51,781 nt of DNA from an uncultured Methanosarcinales archaeon. GTDB lineage: Archaea > Nanobdellota > Nanobdellia > Woesearchaeales > DSVV01. Each line of letters starts with the position of its first letter. The stretch's first letter is position 1. A program made the position numbers and the translations under genes. The stretch lies in contig CAZQHZ010000002.1 in NCBI GenBank assembly GCA_964593285.1, positions 16,858 to 68,638 of the forward strand. Direction: 5' to 3'. Below are positions 48,444 through 51,781 of the stretch, in pieces. The notes under the pieces were generated by a model. That model was not told the DNA's origin. It saw only the letters and a program-made list of their open reading frames with translations, and ran no database searches.

Positions 48444-49646
48444 ATGTTCTTAAAAAATGAATTAAAAAAGATTGTATTAAAAAACCAAGAATATCTAAAA
48501 AAAGATTTAGGTATAATAAGAGATTTTAATTTAAAAATTATTAATAAATTTGTAACAATTATTTCTGGAATTAGAAGATGTGGTAAATCAACTTTAGTTA
48601 AACAATCACTTAAAGGAAAAAAACCAATATACTATATTAATTTTGAAGATATTTCATTAGCAGAATTTGAATTAAAAGATTTTATCCAATTAGAAAAAAT
48701 ATCCATTGAAACATTAGGAAAAAACGGTATTTTCTTTTTTGATGAAATACAAAATATAAAAAAATGGGAAAACTACATAAGAAATTTAGTTGATAGAAAT
48801 GAAAAAGTAATAATCACAGGATCAAATGCAAATATGCTAAGTAAAGAACTTGGAACTAAATTAACAGGTAGGCACATAACACAAGAACTGTTTACATTTT
48901 CTTATAATGAATTTTTAAAATTAAAAAATAAAAAACACAACATGAATTTATTCAAAGAATATCTAAGAAAAGGAGGTTTTCCAGAATATTTAAAATCAGA
49001 TGATGATATCATATTAAAAAATTTATTTCACGATATATTTTATAGAGATATATTACAAAGAAACGAAATAAGAAGTGAAACACAAATAAAATCATTATTA
49101 TACTATCTTATCTCAAACATAGGAAAAGAGGTATCATACAATAAATTAAAAAATTTAATAAACGTTGGTTCAACTAATACAATTATACAATTTATGAATC
49201 ATTTTAAACAATCTTATTTAGTTTTTGGTTTAAAAAAATATGATTTTTCAGTAAAAAAACAATTAATAAATCCAAAAAAAATATATTGTATAGATAATGG
49301 AATTATTGTTTTAAATTCTTTTTCATTTAGTGAAAATATTGGAAGGTTACTTGAAAATTTAATTTTTATTGAATTAAAAAGAAAAGGTCATGAAATTTAT
49401 TATCACAAACAAAAAAATGAATGTGATTTTTTAATAAAAGAGAGATTAAAAATTACATCTGCAATACAGGTTTGTTATATCTTAAATGATGAAAACAAAA
49501 AAAGAGAAATAGATGGTTTAATTGATGCAATGAAAAATTATAATTTAAATTCTGGGTTAATATTAACTTATGAACAGGAAGATGAATTAATAATTGATAA
49601 TAAGAAAATTTCAATAAAACCTGTTTGGAAATGGTTGTTAGAATAA
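48444..49646 (+). CDS. COG1373-type AAA ATPase (AAA_14 + DUF4143)
   Basis: The Walker A motif is ISGIRRCGKSTL and the Walker B-like motif is IFFFDEIQ. The 400-aa length and the C-terminal ECDFLI region are typical of the family. Confidence 0.8.
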   Translation: MFLKNELKKIVLKNQEYLKKDLGIIRDFNLKIINKFVTIISGIRRCGKSTLVKQSLKGKKPIYYINFEDISLAEFELKDFIQLEKISIETLGKNGIFFFDEIQNIKKWENYIRNLVDRNEKVIITGSNANMLSKELGTKLTGRHITQELFTFSYNEFLKLKNKKHNMNLFKEYLRKGGFPEYLKSDDDIILKNLFHDIFYRDILQRNEIRSETQIKSLLYYLISNIGKEVSYNKLKNLINVGSTNTIIQFMNHFKQSYLVFGLKKYDFSVKKQLINPKKIYCIDNGIIVLNSFSFSENIGRLLENLIFIELKRKGHEIYYHKQKNECDFLIKERLKITSAIQVCYILNDENKKREIDGLIDAMKNYNLNSGLILTYEQEDELIIDNKKISIKPVWKWLLE

Positions 49647-49728
49647 CAACCTACGAACGCAAGTGAGTATGGTTGCTCGAAGAGTAACCTACGAACAATA
49701 GTGAGCCAAGTTGTTAGAATAATAAGCT
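49633..49728 (+). repeat. Three tandem 38-nt-period units, each forming an 8-bp hairpin with a GAA triloop
   Basis: Unit 1 is GGTTGTTA-gaa-TAACAACC (49633-49651, spanning the stop codon). Unit 2 is GGTTGCTC-gaa-GAGTAACC (49671-49689). Unit 3 is a degenerate AGTTGTTA-gaa-TAATAAGCT (49709-49728). The linkers share TACGAAC-N3-AGTGAG. Confidence 0.8.
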
Positions 49729-49747
49729 ATGAAAACCAGTGAGTCTG

Positions 49748-49754
49748 TTTTTTT
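49748..49754 (+). terminator. T7 tract following the hairpin array
   Basis: The sequence gtttttttaaa follows directly after the third repeat unit. Confidence 0.4.
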
Positions 49755-49826
49755 AAATAATTTACATTATAGTTTAGAAAATTTTATTAAAATTTTTAAA
49801 TAGTTTTGAAATTTATTATTTTAATA

Positions 49827-50420
49827 ATGGAAAAAGATATTTTTGATAAAAGAAAAATTGATGTTTTAGCTAAAAAAGATAAAAGTAATATTGGTAAAAT
49901 TGATTTAAAAATAGGAAATTTAGTTAATTTAATTAATTCTTCAGATAATTTTTATACAACAAGTTCGTGTAGTGGTAGAATTGTTATTTTTAAAAATTCA
50001 AATAATTATAAAAAGAATTGTGAGTTTTTATATACATCACATAAAAAAATATTAAAAAAAGATATTTTAAAAATTTTGGATTTAATTGATAAATGTTATG
50101 TTGAAGATGATTTTGAAATTTGGTTAAAATTTGAACCGATAATAATTCATGTAAGTTGTGATAGTTTATTAAATGCAAAAAAATTAATAAATTTAGCAAA
50201 TTTATCAGGGTTTAGAAGAGCTGGAATAATTGCTTTAAAAAATTCTATTGTTGTAGAGATTGTTGGAACTGAGTTTTTAGAAACAATATTAAAGGATAAT
50301 TTTGGAAAATATTATGATGAAAAAATATTTACAAGATTAATATATTACTCTAATAAAAAAATGCAAGTTAATTTTGAAAAAATAAAAAGATTTGAAAAAA
50401 ATTTTAAATTAAAAAAATAA
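49827..50420 (+). CDS. taw3: tRNA wybutosine-synthesizing protein 3 homologue (Taw3/TYW3)
   Basis: The sequence contains DKSNIGKIDLKIGNLVNLINSSDNFYTTSSCSGRIVIF. The ATG at 49827 is preferred over the TTG at 49806. Confidence 0.8.
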   Translation: MEKDIFDKRKIDVLAKKDKSNIGKIDLKIGNLVNLINSSDNFYTTSSCSGRIVIFKNSNNYKKNCEFLYTSHKKILKKDILKILDLIDKCYVEDDFEIWLKFEPIIIHVSCDSLLNAKKLINLANLSGFRRAGIIALKNSIVVEIVGTEFLETILKDNFGKYYDEKIFTRLIYYSNKKMQVNFEKIKRFEKNFKLKK

Positions 50421-50421
50421 A

Positions 50422-50682
50422 TTATCCATAAATTCTTTGGTTTTCTTCAAATATTTGTTGATATAAAATTTCAATAATTTGTGGGTTTAGTCTTGATTTT
50501 TCTTTTAATTTTTCAATTAATTCTCTTTCTTTTTTTTTATCTCTTAATTCAATTTTATTTTCTTTTTTAATTTTCCAAATTTTATTAACAATTTCAAGTC
50601 TTGCTTCAATTAATGTAATAATTGCATCATCTATTTCTGCAATTTTTTTTCTTAAAGGTTTTATTTGTTCATTATGATTCAT
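50422..50682 (-). CDS. Chorismate mutase, AroQ class (stand-alone)
   Basis: LRKKIAEIDDAIITLIEARLEIVNKIWKIKK...RDKKKERELIEKL...ILYQQIFEENQRI matches the AroQ three-helix pattern. AGGTGA lies 5 nt upstream of the ATG at 50682. Confidence 0.7.
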   Translation of the reverse strand: MNHNEQIKPLRKKIAEIDDAIITLIEARLEIVNKIWKIKKENKIELRDKKKERELIEKLKEKSRLNPQIIEILYQQIFEENQRIYG

Positions 50683-50691
50683 TTTATTCAC

Positions 50692-51438
50692 CTATAGTAA
50701 ATTATGTATAACAATTCCATTATTTGTAATTTCAATTGGATGAACATCTTCGCTATTTTTTGTCATTCTCATTTTTTTTACAATTAAACTTCTAGAAAAA
50801 TCGCCACCCAAATTTTCAAAATTAATTTTAATTACACCATCACATACAAATTCACTAATTCCATCAGAACTTAAATTTGTTGAATGTTCATCAACTTCTG
50901 TTAATAAAATAGATGTTGAATTAGCTATTTTTAATTCTTTAATAAATTTATAAATAAAATTTTTTTTAATATCATCTAGATTCATTAGTTTATTCATTAA
51001 AGGATCGTTTAGTATTGTTTGTATTTGTGGATTATTTTTTGTTAAATAAAGCGGGGCATTAATTAACAATGCAGATAAACTATCTAAAACAATTCTGTTT
51101 ATTTTTCTATCTTTAATTTCTTGGATAATGTCTGTTGATGTTTCTTTATCTATTAAATTTGCAGCCAAACATACAAAAATAATTTTTTGTTCCTTTTCAT
51201 ATTTTTCAATATCAAATCCAAGCTGTTTGCATTGTTCTTTTAAATCATTTGGATTTTGTTCAAAGCTGATAAACATTCCAGTTTCATCATAATTTTTTGC
51301 ACCATTGTAAATATATTCAAGACCCATTATGGTTTTTCCAGTTCCTGGCGATCCAGAAATTAAGATGCTAGATTTTTTTGGAAAACCTCCTTCAATTAAT
51401 TCATCAAATCCTTTAATTCCAGTTGAAACTCTTTCCAT
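50692..51438 (-). CDS. KaiC/RecA-superfamily ATPase (single KaiC-like domain)
   Basis: The sequence contains STGIKGFDELIEGGFPKKSSILISGSPGTGKT. GGGGTG lies 6 nt upstream of the ATG at 51438. Confidence 0.8.
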   Translation of the reverse strand: MERVSTGIKGFDELIEGGFPKKSSILISGSPGTGKTIMGLEYIYNGAKNYDETGMFISFEQNPNDLKEQCKQLGFDIEKYEKEQKIIFVCLAANLIDKETSTDIIQEIKDRKINRIVLDSLSALLINAPLYLTKNNPQIQTILNDPLMNKLMNLDDIKKNFIYKFIKELKIANSTSILLTEVDEHSTNLSSDGISEFVCDGVIKINFENLGGDFSRSLIVKKMRMTKNSEDVHPIEITNNGIVIHNLL

Positions 51439-51555
51439 TGTAAACACCCCTTTAATTAAATATAAATATATTTCAATAGTTATTTAAATCTTTTCATAAT
51501 TTATTAAAATAAACAAAAACATTTATATAACTGTGATTAGTTTTTAAAAATTTAT

Positions 51556-51618
51556 GTTGCGATCGCATTATCTGCGAAGGGATTTCATCCTTTCGAAACC
51601 TAAATGCGTTTCGCTACG
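51556..51618 (+). other. tRNA-like element / tRNA-derived pseudogene sharing its first 19 nt with the adjacent tRNA-Ser
   Basis: GTTGCGATCGCATTATCTG matches GCTGCGATCGCATAATCTG at 17 of 19 positions. It can form a 6/7-bp acceptor-like stem, a 3-bp D-like arm and a 5-bp anticodon-like arm with loop AUUUCAU. It has only 17 nt where the variable loop and T arm should be. Confidence 0.4.
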
Positions 51619-51681
51619 CTCAAGCACATATAAAAAGTATGTTATATAAATAAAGTATAAATTAAAAAAATTAATAATTTT

Positions 51682-51763
51682 GCTGCGATCGCATAATCTG
51701 GTATTGCGCTGGCCTTGAGAGCCAGTTCCTCTGGAATTCCCGGTTCAAATCCGGGTCGCAGCG
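51682..51763 (+). tRNA. tRNA-Ser (anticodon UGA), type II with a long variable arm
   Basis: Hand fold: acceptor GCUGCGA/UCGCAGC; D arm GCA-UAAUCUGGUAU-UGC; anticodon arm CUGGC-CUUGAGA-GCCAG; variable arm UUCC-UCU-GGAA-UU; T arm CCCGG-UUCAAAU-CCGGG; discriminator G. No CCA is encoded. A T-rich tract follows and a TATA-like aaagtataaatta lies ~25 nt upstream. Confidence 0.9.
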
Positions 51764-51781
51764 TCTTTTCTTTTTAGAATT

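Noticed and set aside
49633-49754. The three-unit repeat, considered as a mini-CRISPR array.
   Set aside because: The period is only 38 nt with 19-nt hairpin units, and the inter-hairpin segments are themselves conserved (TACGAAC-N3-AGTGAG) rather than unique spacers. There are only three units and no cas genes.
51556-51618. A minus-strand reading of the tRNA-like element as a tRNA-Phe(GAA)-like gene.
   Set aside because: The G-U pair of the plus-strand stem becomes an A-C mismatch on the minus strand, the acceptor pairing is no better, and a T arm is still missing.
51559-51692. The GCGATCGC 8-bp palindrome occurring twice, considered as a HIP1-like dispersed repeat or restriction-related signal.
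   Set aside because: Both copies are simply part of the duplicated tRNA 5' segment. I saw no other copies in the window.

Overview
This is a very AT-rich, tightly packed archaeal chromosome segment. Archaeal identity rests on eS4, eL32 and eL19 r-proteins, aSUI1, RNase P proteins Rpp29 and Pop5, exosome Rrp4/Rrp41/Rrp42, GatD/GatE, diphthine synthase, TFS and TYW3. Small proteins, AGGTGA Shine-Dalgarno motifs, abutting gene ends and the absence of adk next to secY fit a reduced-genome, DPANN-like archaeon; that assignment is inference. The conserved core is the complete L3-to-L15 ribosomal protein operon followed by secY (5627-20258), and the Pop5-PsmA-SBDS-Rrp4-Rrp41-Rrp42 superoperon (24059-28179). 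The window also holds gatD/gatE, gyrB, glucan phosphorylase, ribH with archaeal ribC, pepF, signal peptidase and one tRNA-Ser(UGA). The non-routine observations, in coordinate order, are listed below.

- 6-2321: five consecutive class-III-signal (type IV pilin-like) genes, the first fused to a lytic transglycosylase domain.
- 2669-4996: a single ORF fusing cysteine synthase to cysteinyl-tRNA synthetase. The junction still looks like an operon junction, so a 1-nt assembly error must be excluded.
- 35962-37916: an AbiEi/AbiEii toxin-antitoxin cassette bracketed by a 44-bp perfect direct repeat that encodes the 3' end of a small gene.
- 49633-49754: three tandem 38-nt-period GAA-triloop hairpins that start on the stop codon of a COG1373 ATPase gene.
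- 51556-51618: a tRNA-like element that copies the 5' end of the adjacent tRNA-Ser.
- 31975-32235 and 46041-46370: two small lipoprotein-like proteins sharing an identical six-Cys spacing.
- 44836-45987 and 43718-44572: two unusual domain fusions, a HemK-like methylase with a kinase-like domain and a membrane-spanning wHTH protein.

No CRISPR array, rRNA gene, transposase or integrase was seen.
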